A stretch of DNA of 64,000 bases from assembly GCF_964204645.1 (NCBI RefSeq), contig NC_134035.1, positions 6,262,001 through 6,326,000 on the forward strand. The letters run 5' to 3'. The position numbers and the translations under genes are program-made. This stretch comes from Tubulanus polymorphus. Lineage: Eukaryota; Animalia; Nemertea. This document shows positions 38,659 to 53,600 of this stretch, piece by piece. How positions within the stretch are numbered: the first letter of the stretch is position 1; each line of letters starts with the position of its first letter. The notes below the pieces were generated by a model. The model was not told the DNA's origin. It saw nothing but the letters and a program-made list of their open reading frames with translations, and made no database searches.

Positions 38659-41600
38659 TCACGTCAAAAACGATCTTGATGACGTCATACAGAACAAAAT
38701 GGCTAATACTGTGGCAAACGAACAAGCCAATGAATGTTTCAACGAGGCTGCACTGCCTTTTTTATCACTGATGCTACTTTGATAGGGCACCTGGCGGACA
38801 CCCGACTGTGACCCGTGGTGTTGTATAATGTCCACCATCGCCACTCGGATGGTTGATACGATCGGGTCCGTTTTGACGCTCGAATGACGGGAATTAATCA
38901 TATAACTCAATAGTTTCGCCTGGTAGACGCATCCCTGAAACGCATGAGAAATACGGGTATAAGCCTTTCATTAAGAATATTGCGAGATATTTGAATCGGA
39001 CCTTCGTTTGGCGTAACGAATTATAATCTATCAACTTACCTCGCCCGTGTAGCCCGGTGTATGGCCGGCAGCAATCGCCTCGAAAACAACGTTACCATCA
39101 GTTTTCGATATAATATGAAGTCGACAGTCCTGTAATGGGGGAATGATAATTCGTTTATACGCGGTGTATGCAATGAATGATCGTTGTAGGTATATTAGAT
39201 TGATTTGAATCGAGTGAACCGAAGCAGATTAATGCGCTATAATTAATCATCGAGGATATTCATTATTCTCTCGATTTGTAAAGATGCACACGGTATTTAT
39301 CTTCAAATCTTACACTTATTCTACGGCAGTTTCTACGTTCATATATTTTCCTAGATAGGAACTGAATATGCAACCAACCGGTTTCATTATACTAGCTTGA
39401 TAATAGTTCTTGATTGAAATCGTAAATATCAAATCGATTTCTAACACTTGGATTCAGTACATTGAAAGAACACAATGTCTATATTGTATAATTGACCGTC
39501 TTTAAATCAAATGAAAAAACCACAATTTCGGAGGCAATCTGAGAGGAGTGTAGACGTTTCGACTCAATTTCATGAACCATTTTCTAAAATGTTTTTCCAT
39601 AATCATTCGTTTTTTCTTAAATTGAATTTGTAGACGGTCACTTGTCTTTGTGAATTGACAAACTCCATGTATTTTTTAAAATATGATCTCAACCAGCGAA
39701 CGCTTTTCCTCGTATGATGACTCTATCCGAACGTGATTGAAATTTCTCACTTCGATTAACGAAAGTTCGAAAAAGGTTCGCGCTAAACTAAAAACGTAGT
39801 TGATCTTAATGTTAATCTAGAGACAATTCAATTCATCATTTTTTTCTTTTTTCAAACAACTTTTCAGCTGCCCAAACTTCAATCTCAAATCAATCGGACC
39901 ACACAAATTATATTCATTTTCTAGAAATGATCGTACCATATTATCTGTGCCGCCGTTCAATAATCGGACAAGTTTTTTCATCAATTCCGCGTAGCTGAAT
40001 CTGATATTTCCGTATTTCGTCAGTAATTGTTGATCCATTAGGCTGTATCCGATATACAGGAAAATACCTGAAATTTAGGCATTCAATAAATAAGTTAAGT
40101 AAGCCTGAACGGTAGCATTACTCCAAAAATCTTCAGTTAGTCGATGATCTTAGATGGTCTTGGTTTTAAATCTAAGCATAACACTAGGACAACAAAACAT
40201 AGACTACTAGACATGATATCTAGAATCGGGAATGGCAGTTTTTTTAGCAAATGTTTGGCAAATTATCGCCATTTTGAAGCGTAATAGATAATGGTGGTAG
40301 CCCAGAGACGAAGTTTAAACAACAAATGGAATGATTTCTAGATAATGAAATAAAATCTCCTTATAGTCCAAAAACCAATATCATTTATAGTCATCTATTT
40401 CTAGTAATATCTGCCGCTACAAGGGTGGCATGTTACAAGGAGTTGTTTTTCAGGTGGGGGGGGGGGAGGGGATGTATTCTCAAGTTGTGCGTTCGCTCTT
40501 ACCATTTCTGTTCGTCAAAGTGTCCTTCGATTTTGCGCATATAATTTCGCCCTTATAGCACTTGCAGGTTCCTCGGTTATTCCGTGTAAGCACGGAACCG
40601 TGGCCTGAAAAATATCAACAACTTATCTAAATCCTGGATACAGGTGCATTCTAGGACATTTTCACCGTTAAGGAATCGATTTCGTTTAAAAGAGAATCAT
40701 TAAGGGATTTCGTAGAAATACAGCGCGGTATTCAATGCGTGTGGATAGTTTTTGTGAAAATAAAAATGACTGCTTCAAATGCACGTACCGTATATGATGA
40801 ATCCAATTTTACAGGAATCCTCGGGAAGGCAGGGAAGATGACGACATTCTTGAGTACCGTTAGGTAAACACTTGCATAGGACCGAGCAATCGGTGTTGTT
40901 TGGATAAACCTGAAAATTATTTTACGAAATTAATGAATTCAGTGAACTTTGGGGGAAGTCCAACGGGCATTGCTGATCCAGCTATTTAGTCTTTATTTAA
41001 ATATAAGCCTTCACCGCACAACTGGCACGCCATGTCTGGGTTAACTCCGAAATAGTGTATAAATAATGTATAGAAGAATAAACATGATTTCGGTATGATT
41101 TAGAATGAATTTCGCTGAAATCAGAATTAAAGGAATCAAAACTGAAAGAACCCACCGGCCTTCGTTGCTTGGATTTAGAGAATCATAGATCTAATCAGGA
41201 TCCGAACAACATGAGCGGCGGCAAAACGAGTTATTTACATTTAAATCGTATAAAAATTAATTCATCTCCGAGCAACTATTGGTCCCCGCGGAATGCGCCA
41301 TGACTCACGAGTACAACGCGACGACTGCAGCGTCATTGAAATTTGATTAGTGTCGAATTTTGAAACAATCAAACGTCATTCGTTCGTACGAAACATTTCA
41401 TGCCTTAGTCACAGTGAGGGGGGGGGGAGGATAGCGAGATGTACCGCGATTTACCTACAATTCGAATTCCGAAACCTCTCATAACGAGACAATAGATGAT
41501 TAAAATCTACGACGTTTGAGTCACTATAATGAAACGGGCTATTGATAACGAGGGAGAACATGGCTATAATTCTAGCCAGGATAATGTCAATTGTTTTTTT

Positions 41601-44600
41601 TAAAGCGTCCACCTTTTGGCGAATAAGGATCGCCAAAATCAATATGAAATAATTCCTATAGGTGCAATATTCAAAGTGGCTTTATCTATTACACTTAAAA
41701 ACTTTCAACGATTATAAGAGCAAGCTTAGTACATGAATGAGGTTTAACATGAAACTGATCCGAATTCGTTAATACCACGCCTGGTCTTATCTTTATTCTC
41801 TAGGTCTGGATCAGTAATTCTATCGAGGTTAAACATTACGTGGAACTCTGAATTCCAACGTAGGTTCTTCCGTCACCGGGTAACAGTGATGGAATTTATT
41901 TCATTCGCAGGTTGTTGTGTTGCATCGCGGGGGAGTTCGGCGTCACTCGTTTTGAGACGCTATATTTAGGAGCATTTTCTTTTAAGTTTAAACCCACTTT
42001 TCGACCAGTTTCCAGTGAGCACCAGCCACCCTATAGCTGGATCGAGTTTCGCGGTTACCGGCAGTTGTGGAACTAAGGTCCAGTTATTTTTTTCATCAGT
42101 AAAATTGGTTGTCTACGTTGTCAGTTTATAGTTAGTTGTTTCTTCTGATAAACGATGCCGTTGATGAGTGTAACACTTACTCTGACTATTGGTGATCTAT
42201 CGCTCTGCAGCATTCTATCACAAACTTCTGTAATAAGATAAAATCAATTCGTTCATTCATTCGTTCGGCGTCCATTGCGTGTAGTTTTTTGTATGTTGTT
42301 TGCCGTTACTAATCTGCAGGGTAAACACACGTGCTGAGGGGATGAAGGGTATTTGTGTTTGAGTTATGAGTCAGTGTTTATATGGACAGAGACGAGTCCT
42401 GAATGATATGGCGAAGGATAGATTTTAGCGTTTTGGCAAGGTTATTCTCGTAACGAAAATCATTTTTCGAGTTAGCACCAAATCGAAAAATCATTTTCGA
42501 TGGTTGAAAATGACGGCGCGTCAAAACGCCATTTTGGCGCGCCAAATGGATTTCCTATTCGTTTTTGGCGACACAAAAACATATTCATCACGCACAAAAA
42601 CATATTCATGATCCGTTTCGGCGAGCCAGAATGGGATATATATTATTTGTTTTTACACTCCAGTGCCAATATGAAATTTCTTTTTAGCGCGGGTACCAAC
42701 AAGAAAATAATCGCACCAAAACGCCGAAACGCCAGTTCTAGTGCAGCGACATGGATTCTTTCGACTGTTATTTCTTGATGTTTTCCATTTTGGCGTTTTG
42801 TCGCCATTATTTGCCTATACCTAAAGATTTTCACTATGACCCGATTCAGGCACAATTACGACACTGATACACAACAGTCACAGCTTAAGTTCAAGAATGG
42901 TCTTGTAAAAAGATCGTCTAAAGAACCAAAAGGTGGTTATGTTCTTATATTTAAGCCTCGACTGGGCAACTGGACCCAGTAGTTGCTTCATTTGCTAAGT
43001 TTCAACTCATCGTTTTATATTATATCTGTAATTTTTCATTCATCAAATTATCATAGCTCCACTAAGTCTTATGAAATATTTCGCATTGAAATGTATGATT
43101 TTCACGAACCGCTGAGTCATTCGTGAATCGGTCGGATTTGTCACAAAGTCCGACAACTGGATTTAGTGTTATCCAGAACTGTAATGCGAGGGAGATTTTG
43201 AGAAACTATCGAGACACCTCAGGGAAATCATAATGTAAGGGTGACTTTCATATTGTAAAATTTGACAGAATCAGTACTGCATCAAACATCAGGAAACTCA
43301 AAATAGAGATACATTTATCAGTTGCCTTGGGAGAACAGTAGGGCAAATAGACCACTAGATGTCGCGGCTCTAACAGTTGCTCATATTCTGAAAAACCCAA
43401 CGGTCAACTTCGCTAAATTCATTAAGACCGGCTTAGATGTATATAGATCTCTCCAATAGTATATATAGTATTGTAAATAGTTGATGTATATAATTGTATA
43501 TATAGTATTGTAAATAGTTGATGTATATATATTTTGTTACGTTTTCATTCTCTGAATTTTAATCACTTCAGTGTTGTTTTGTAAATATTTGTATATACAT
43601 GTGTAATAGTTTTCCTCCACATACCATGGAAATGGTTGGAGTGTAAATAAATCGTAATCGTAATCGTAATCGTAATCATACGTAGTCCATGGAAGCTCAC
43701 GATTTCAAGAATCACCACGAGCCAAATTGATTCAGTATTGGTATAGTTACCATCTACTTATTGAAGGCAAAAGTTCGGTTCGATGTTGATTGAATATCTA
43801 GCCATTCTTGCCACAATAAAGTATCTAAAGTTCCTAATTGCTTTACGCCGATTCTATCTGCGATAATCAACAAACAGCGACCACATCGAGCCCCTCAAAT
43901 CAATCGAAACCATAACAATTTTTATTGAGATATTGCTATTATAAATTGAACGGAGACCGAGTAATTAATGTTATATGTGCACTTGCTATAGTGTTCAGTA
44001 TCAAGTGGACTGTCGCATAATTGCATTATGACACAGCGTCATGCTCAGTTTAAAAGTCAACGGTCGACGAGGCTCGGGGAAAATGGTGGCACGAGTCCTG
44101 AAGGAAATGAAATCCTTGTCGGCCAGCTATAATCTTCTAATTATCCCGATGGCTGTTGAATTTCGCTGATGAAGTCGCGATTACTAATTAGATATTCTTA
44201 TAACGTCTTAGATCTTAATTATTGGCGAAACGTTTTGATTAAATAATTACTGGTTCCAGCATGTTGTGAGTGTCGAGGCAGGCAATAGTAGATTAGATAT
44301 ATATTCTTCATCACGTGTTGTTTGGAGCGAAAATCCCTTTGTCTGAAGTCAATAATCGTCAATTGAAAACTGTTTGACGAGATTCTGCCTTGAGTGAATT
44401 CTATCTTTTAATCCGTAATCTTTCCCATATAAAACTAGTGCCAGTTGTTTTTCATGTCAACATTTGGCTCTAAAAATACTGTTGAGAATGAGAAAAATTG
44501 AACCCATACAATTGTGGAACATGAGTTTAGAGAAAAACTGTGGAGCTGGGCTCAGCACATCAAATTAGATCCACACAGAGCTGTGGAACTGGATCCTGAT

Positions 44601-47600
44601 CCTGAAGCTGGGCTCTACGTGGAATCACATCCTAACCGCCGTGGAAGCGGATCCTTAAATTGAGTATTGACCCCAGGGGTAAACACAGACTGTGACTGTA
44701 GGAACGTCCAGGTCTATAGACAAAAACAAGTGAAATGTTATTGTGAGCGAGTTCTAACTGGTATCAAATAACTGCATTTTGAATTCCAGATTCATGACTT
44801 GAATAAATCAATTCAATAGATCAACCTTGATAGGGTGGAGTTCTGTGCTCATCATACAAAAATGTATTCGTATAAATGTACATTTTAAAGGTATAGAAAA
44901 TCAAACGTTTCGCCTCCAAACCTGGCTGTATTAATTTCTCAATAATGAGAATATTGCGTGTGTGTTTAACTCAACGGAGATAATTCTAGAAATGAAGTAT
45001 TTTAGAAATACAAAACGTAGAATGACGTAATTCAATGACGACTTCGATTGAAATCGAAATTGAACGCGCTCAAAATTGTCGTTATATACGGCTGTTCTCA
45101 GTCTCAGCGAAGGCGAATAAATAATATCGTCAAGTGATGTTGAAGGTCACGTGGAGCTGAACACAAACAGGCGGTGTAGTTCCCTTCCGAGTTGAAGATG
45201 CATCCATAATTAATAAGAAATTCAGCGTGTATTTAGATCAAGAATGCGATAAACGAATTAAATCGTGGCCGATACGAAAGACTTGCATTGCGTCTCTGGG
45301 AATTCATCATGTGTGAAAACACTTAAAATTACTCCATACTAATATTCACTCTCTCTTCTATCCTGAAGTCGTCCGTCATCAAAGCATATATTTATCACAC
45401 ATGTATATAGATTATTATAGCGTTGTGTTAAGTGTGTATATATAACTAGCCTGAAGCTGCAGGTATATCATCAGCATCGACTATATGTTAAACCGAATCA
45501 ATTCTGCGCGGTTGACTGTCCGATTTATTGCAAACTTTTAACATGTAAGGTTTTAACGGCACTGTGATGATGGGATTTAGAAGCAAAATTGCGAGACTGT
45601 TGGAAACTAAACGAGATATTTCACGGATTGTGGGATGTTGATTTCGTCTATACAATTCAGCGAGGACAATAAATGCTTTCATAAATGCAATATCTATTTA
45701 GGAATAACTTACGTCGAGCTGGAGGATTTTTCGATAAAACCACCTCGAATTTAATCATCTCTTTGTCATCCTTGAGTAACGTGGCCGGCGTAGTTTCGTG
45801 ATAGACAATAGTCGAACTAGCGACAGCTTGGTCTAAAAAGTAAAATTCCAAGTTTCTACTATTAGTTATCTATTCAAGCAATGTCTACAACTAGCAAAAA
45901 AAACTTATAGAGTAGAAAACGTAATTGCCAGGGACCAGTCGCACCAGTCAATATTTAACTTTGAGACATCTTAGTTCTATTTGAGACATCTTAGCCCAGC
46001 TAACAACTAAAAATCAGTTGTACGATACAAAATGATACTGGATTGAAGCTACGACTGTCCAACTGCAGCTGGGCCCATACATTGCTAAAGACTTACCCCT
46101 GCATTTGTTTTTCTGTAATTTCTCCTGAAGACTCATACACCGGCCCCTCGTCTCCTGAGAAATGCCCGAACATGAGCAGTTAGTCATTAAAAGGGTCCCC
46201 ATCAGTCCTACGACGGCGTCACGACACAGGTGATTACCATGTATACACCGACCGGTTTTACTATCAGTGTGACAATACGTATCGTAATATTCCCATTTAC
46301 GCCTGAGATAAAGAAAGTTATAATACTTACTAATAATTCATACTGAATATTTCATTTTTTTCAACGTTACTTCGGGGCTATCCGATGCTATCATCGGCAA
46401 TTTGGGTATAACGACTTAAGAGTGCTAACACAGTTGAATTCGGTTGTCGACTTCTCCAAATAAGGAGATAAACACTCGATGATTTAGAAATACTGATTGT
46501 GATAAAAAATAGTTCAGAGTTCAGTAATCTGACGGCTGAGGTCATAAAGTGTCATACTCTAAATTTGGACGGTGAATTTAGGGGCTGATAGCGGAAGAGA
46601 TGCATTTCGCATCGAATCGAAACCTATTGAAGACAACGTCGTCATCGACGACGCATAAACCAATACGCGTGTTTCACGTCACCGAGCTGTGATCGTGTTG
46701 CTGCTCGCATCTCACAAGTGCGTCTCGCAGATAAGAACACAGTTTATGGCTTTTGTGGGATCTTTATAATGTCATCAATTTAAAATCAAGCGGAATATTG
46801 AACTGCCGCAGTTCTGTTGAAATCGGATCGGAGTTAATTAGTTTTCCAATTTATCAAACTCCGCGCATATAGACACCACACATATACATGAGCTCACTAG
46901 CAATCTGGGGCAACTGAGCGCATTGGGCTCAGACTAGTCACTAATGACTGGTCGATATATTTCATTCGATTTTCTGTGGAAACGATGAAAAATAGACGAC
47001 GTTTCCAATTTTTCTTATTTTCGTATAATCGAATTTCCGATCGGGGCAAAAGCGCTCGTAATACTATAAGATAATGACATCGTGACGTACACGGATGTAC
47101 CATTCAAATTCCTGAATACTAGAATTGTCTTCCACATTTTTTTATTCGCTAGTTTAACAGCGAGGAATCCTGATCCTCGAAGTGAATGAAATTTGGCATT
47201 TTTCTTCCAGATACCCTGATTACACAGGGCCCGATATCGGTCCGTTGAATCTGGGCAGGAATTTCATTATAGATTTGAAAATTACCAGTATGCTTTTTTG
47301 CTACTTCATTGATTCTACTTATTGATTATTGAAGTTTTTATTTGTATTATCTTCTACGGTTCTAGTTACAAGTTTTACCTGCATATCTCATCAGCCTGAC
47401 ACTTGCGCACGACCGCCACGCATGTCGGGATCGGATTTTCTCGAATGGCGCATTGTGATTGGAGCACCGAGCGAAGCGACTCGCACTTTACATCGCCTTT
47501 TGCGCATGTACAGAAAGCCGCAGCGTGCGCATGCTTGACGGCGACATTCTGATAAAAATCGCCCATATCCGGCAGACATTTCTTCTTGTCGCACGATTTT

Positions 47601-50600
47601 TTCTGCATGTCCCACTGACAGGAGGCGATGAATTTACCCATTTTACGTCGACACAAATAGTCCTTGTTGCATTCGCCGAATGCGTCATAACATTCGGAAC
47701 CTTAAAATGAAAACAATAGCGGGTTATTAACAAAATTGATATGACGGAGACACGCATCGTCCACTATTCAATTTATCTGACGCAATAATGATATGGTGAT
47801 CATTATGAATCAGAGAATATAGCATCCCCTGGAGCTTATTCGAGAGGTCAATTTCAACCCTATAGAGTTATAAGGTCGGAATTGAACTAATTTCAAACTT
47901 GACTGAAATCCAAGATGCACGCATGGTGTATATATAACTAGTAGCTATTTCCCTGCTAACAGGGACTAATTGCTAAAAACGGAACGAAGCCCGCAGTTGC
48001 TCTCAAAAGTTGGTTCAAGTTAACTAGAGGACGACTTACAGAGAGTGACTGTTAATCACGGATAACTAAGACATAGTATCAATTGTAACTGATTTGCCAT
48101 TTTGGTATATAATTGATAGTTTGGATAATTGATCCACAATAATCTGTTTCGAACTATAGCCTAACTTATCGTGTGATATACCGGTCTTGAAGTCTTCGCA
48201 TACGGGTATTAGGCAGATCTCGTACTCGACGAGTTTTCGAAGACAGATCTGTTTTAATAAGGATTCTGTTTTGATTTACGTTCGTTTTAATGGAATTCCT
48301 GAGCATACCCAGCTCAGCTGGGAGACGAGACAACAGCAGCAGGCGATATTGAGCGAGCGATATGGCGTGTGTTGTACACGTTCGACTCGAGTGTCCTGAA
48401 GCTGAATTTACGACCGCCGAGTAAATTTCATTTACATCCCGATTCCTTCTTCTTCACCAACGACGAATACCGATGCACGGAGCGGCGGTGCATCGGTCGG
48501 CGCCAACGCCGCCATTATTTAGCTCATATCGAACACTTAAAATCATTAATCGAGTTATTACGTTTACACGGCGCGTTAATATCAGTGCGCGGTATTGTGT
48601 AATTGCAGATGTGAGGATTCGATGAAGTGAGAATAAAACCTTTATTAACGAGGTTAGTGTTGACGTATAACACAAACGGCAATAAATATCATTTATAATG
48701 GGATGGATGTTCTATCGACGGTAGACACAGCCGTCTTTCATTAATCCTTAAATCTACTACGGTTTCGTTGACAGTTTCTGAGTTTGATAGATAAAGTTGA
48801 ATTTGCCGTCAACTGAATTAAAACCTGTGCGAGTTTATCAAGTTTAATAAGTTTAATAATTCGTTTTCAACGTCAAAAGAATGTTCAAAAATTTCCCGAT
48901 TAGAATCATGACCTTCACACCTAACCAGCTTGATTTCCCCGATGACGCAGATAGATTTATATTCTATTGATGCCGAAGTTGCGCTACATATTTTACAAAA
49001 TCTAGCTAAACCCAGGCTCTACATCACAACACCATATTGTTCACATGGTTTTAAGTGCTCTACGACACTATACGATCCTAGTGTACCGACCAAATCGTAC
49101 AGGACCAAATCTAGCACGAACTGCCCTCAAGTCAGAGACTTTAATTCTCCATGATTGTCAGGTTCAGAGCCTAAAGATTGTGTTTTAATGATAAAAAATA
49201 GCAACAACAATTGACTAATGAAATCGCTTAACTTACTTTTGAATGGTTCAGGTTCCACTCGGGGTATAGTGACTTTAGCTACAGTCGGTGCTGTAGTCGG
49301 CGGATCCACAACCTTTATACGTGTGTCTTCCTCTTCCTCGACCAGAGTCTCGTCTGGTACGACCGCTTCTGGTTTCTCCGGTAACTGACTGTTCTCTTTA
49401 CCGATCTTTGCTACTTCGTTTGCAACCACTGAAAATAGATTTAAAAAAAAGTTGAAACGATGAGTTCGTTCTAGATCATTTCGACACTTGCCTAAATGCA
49501 CCAGGATCCAGGTCAATTTAACTCGGTCAGCGATTTGACTTATCGAGTTAGAACAAACTGATACTTGTGGAACTGGATACGTGTTTTGTTGCTACGATGC
49601 GATGGTGAGCGAAAATAGATTTGTCCTACAATAAAATAGCACAGCAATGCCCCCTTCCACCAAACCAGAGCTACATGTTATTGGAAAAGTTGGTAAACGG
49701 TCTTTGAGCTCTTTGGAGATTAATTCCGATCAGATTTGGTCGCCATTAGGGACCGATACTGAAATACAAGTCCACAATTATGGATGCGAGGAAATATTGA
49801 CTGAGAGTCAGTTTTATGAGAAATGCATTCGTCAACAGTGATTATCCAGAGGAGGTGTACTCGACTAATGCGTTTACTCCTGAGAAAATATAAAAGGAAT
49901 ATTTTTAGTAGGAAGCCTTAGGTTAACTATGATTGTATTTGACTTGACGCGAATGCATCCGCTCGACAAATACTCCACACAGCGCTGTGGTATCGTTCGG
50001 CACTGTTGCGTCGTGACTCGGGGGAAATCGGGATTTCTTCTCGGACGAGTTTTCGTCTCTAATTTAATTAACAACAGACAACATACAACAGAGTCTTATT
50101 TGCGGCCTGTGAGATGAGAGCGATTAAACATTGATTTCTCTGAAGCCGACATCAGTATCTCACCCCCACAAGAGACCTGTTCGTCTGCGTTGAATATTTC
50201 ATGTACCAAGCGCACAATAAAACATACTTTTTATAATTTTTTTGCCATCGTTTGATAGAATCTATCTTTCTTTCATTCAGTCTCGTTAAACACAGTCGAA
50301 ATTATCGTTAGAATTTTTCATTAACTTGTCTCCTGTGAATATTTTTTGGAGACGAGAAACGTTCCCATAATGTCTTAAAGTGTGAAGAGCGATTAAAGAT
50401 TATCTATTACGTCCTCTATCTGAATATTGAGTCAGAACAGTTATCAGATGAAGTGCCAGGTCACATGAGCCAAACGCTAGGTCAAAATGTAGGCTGGGGG
50501 TATTTCAGGTCAGATGCTATAGCATAATTACGTAATTACAGTCAATTGGTAGGTCAGAAATGGGTTTATGATAGGTAAAAAATACAAGTAAATTCGTTAC

Positions 50601-53600
50601 GACCTCTAGTGTGACCCCGATCGACACTTGACTGAAATTCTGCCGTTCGTCGTATATACCTTTGAAGACAGTTCTTCAGAAAATGTGCCGACACATGATC
50701 GAGGAACTAACCGAGAAAATAGTGTATTTCGTCCTGTCATAATTCGTCCAAGTGGCGCTGCGAGATTAAGAGGTGATCCGATCGAGAGTGAGTCATTAGA
50801 CCAGCCGTTATTATAATCTACATTAATGAATACAAATTGATACTTAAGTGGAAAACTGTTTTGAAAACGATGATGAAAACTTGATCCATCGTTTGCGGGC
50901 AACAAAAGAATCACAAATGACGAGACGGTTAAACAATCCGTCGGTCACGCGGAGCAATCGTAGAGATTTTCTGTTTGCTAAAATTTGTCATTTCTGCCTA
51001 CAAGGAATGGGATGGCTTCAACTGTGTCCATATTATGATTTTTCATTAGATTGGTTTTGATTATACAATCTAATAGATCCATGAACACCCCGAAAACCGA
51101 ACTCAAATCCTATTTCACAGCAGGTTTCTTCCGGGCAAGCTGGAATTAGGGATTTGGAAACCATGTGGCTTTGTCGCCATCATTAATTTGGTGTTGTGGA
51201 TGTGGGGAAGCGTACAAACCAATTCGTTTCGTGCGATGATACGGATTATTCGTGATATTTTCTGAATTGTGCACCATTTCCCCACCACGGTTGCTGTCAA
51301 CAATAGTGATTAAGGCGAGATAAAATTCACTAGGCAGAATCCGCAATTCGAAAATTTGATAGCGAAATAAATACATATATTTAACCGGGGTATATACGTG
51401 CATGTTAAAATCAAGAACTAGAAGACGTGCAATTTCGGTCTAGGGCAAGAAGGGATCATCGTAAGGAATCGTATCAATACTGGATATTGCATAAATTGAT
51501 ACCAAAGGTGATGTTATTGGTGACTATTTGATAAAACAACCTGTCCTAACTATACCGACTATCAATTATCAATATTATCTCAATCAACACGTGATAAACA
51601 CGAGGGACAAAGGACACGAACCCCGATGATGATGCTGATGGTCGCGATAGTTCAGTTCGTTAACGCGCATAGTCTGATGAGAACTGGAGGCGGCTAATCT
51701 CGAACATTGTTCGATTCAAATGTATTTAACTGGTCAGGAATTGTTATTGATTTCAGCGATGTTACTGTTGTACTGTTATTGTATGTATAAATGTGTATGT
51801 GTCTAACCGGGCAACGTCAGTTCAACGACAGTTCGACTGTGGAGATGACCGCTACCTCAACCTCTGGTTGACCACAACACCACATAACTGCATTACATCA
51901 TGCGATAATAGAAACCACCTACGTACATTTCCATCGAATTCCAAGCATTTCTTACATCCACGATAGTCCAATGTATCATTGGACTCACAAAAAATTGCTC
52001 ATCACGTGTCGTCATTAAGTACGTACAATAAACGTGATCTTTTGGTTTTTGTCTTACAAGCCACCAGCGATCTGGCCAATCTGTAGATTGCGTCTGGGAG
52101 GTCAGTCTATGGAAGGTTTGAGTTGTCGCATTGAGCATAACCTAACAGATTGTCACCTAAAAGTATATTCAAGCCGGTGCCACGACCACTATTTGTGAAT
52201 TACGTATTTTTTTATAGTACGATTCGACAGTCTTACCAGCTAGAAAACTATTTATCGATTGTAAAGAATTTTAGTATTAGAAGTGTAATTGCCAAACTCC
52301 GTACCTCATTTCACCGACTGATGATAGAAAAAGGCAGACACCTGGGATTGAGTAGAGACAACAGGCTTTGTGATACGTGTAACTGTGTCGAAGATGAGCT
52401 GCACTTCATCTTAACGTGTAGCAAATTCAACGATCTCAGGAAGAAATTTGATATAGTAAGTGTTGGACGGTGTAGATGATGTAGATATAATTTTTAATGA
52501 TATAGGTTGTCAATCGGAATTGGTAAATTTGGTGAACTATATCCTTTCGGGATTAGAATATTATATTTAATTTGATGCTTGTAGTTATGTTTGTACAGTA
52601 TGGTACTTGTCTCATGCACTTTTTCTTATAAATATTTTTGTAATTCTGGTATTGTATATATGTATATATTGTTTTCTTTCTCTAGTGTTTCGGTGTTCAT
52701 TGACGATCATGTCATTTGATTATGATGAATAAACTAACTTGTAACTTGTATTTAGACACCTTTGAAAACTTTTGCATTGAAGCGTACCCAATTTCAAAGG
52801 AAAATCAAAGTGAAATTTGTGGGGCACATTCTACAAGTCACCATTTGTATACTATACATTACAACCACGAGTTGCCATCGCTTTCACCGGAGATACTCGA
52901 TACGTAAGAACTCGATTTGAACTAGAGGGTGAGATCTATCATCAGTGGCTATAATTCTTAGATTTATAATTCCTTCCGTCAAGGACCGCCGTGCAGCTTC
53001 CAGCTTACGTTGGTCAATAAATTCGTTAATAGTTTCTGGTATGGAATTACTGCACCACGCACGAGTTTCTAATCGTTCGATCCGCTGGGATACGACTCGC
53101 GATCGTCGCTCTGTCGCCTGCTCAATTACAAACAAATTTCCAGTCCGTGGGGATCGGCCACGCAATCAAGTATATGATGAGATTTTTGTCCGTCGAGTAC
53201 CCCGACGGGTCCAACAAGTTCTTCGTAAAACGCCAACGCATGCAAAAATGCAATTTTCTCCGTCTCTCCTCCGCGCTGCCGCGAGACGCGGCGGAGGTTA
53301 GCAATAACATCATAAAATGATAACGGTCGCGGCCATCCAGATCGGACGTCAGTGACAAGTTAGACAGTTGATCCCCGTAGTGGATCCTGCTGAAAATGAG
53401 CTGTCAGATGGGACGCAGATACCGACGAGACAGTAAACTATCTTGGTAATCTCGTCCTATCACAGTTACGCGTATAGGTTCTTATTACGGATCGACGAGC
53501 GCAGTTTTTCTCGCTCTCGCCATTTTCGATTAAGCATAAGAGCAATTTTGCTTGCGACTTATGCGATGTCGTTAACGTCATACCATACATGCATATACAT

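Noticed and set aside
41865-41905. tcaccgggt (miR-36-like seed) in a small hairpin
   Set aside because: The stem is only ~9 bp and the seed spans the loop, so it is not a pre-miRNA. The bantam-like gagatcattgtga at 19421 likewise lacks a hairpin.
45488-45682. Hydrophobic ORF that might be an alternative Gfrl terminal exon
   Set aside because: I found no acceptor that gives this frame in phase 1 after exon 45713-45832.
48309-48400. Possible extra or alternative first Gfrl exon (donor gg|gtatgc)
   Set aside because: There is no in-frame ATG before an upstream stop, and the flanking exons already join in phase.
49647-51060. Short plus-strand ORFs, one ending in an acidic DQPLL* dileucine-like motif, suggesting a nested gene
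   Set aside because: No convincing splice sites or domain link them; probably chance.
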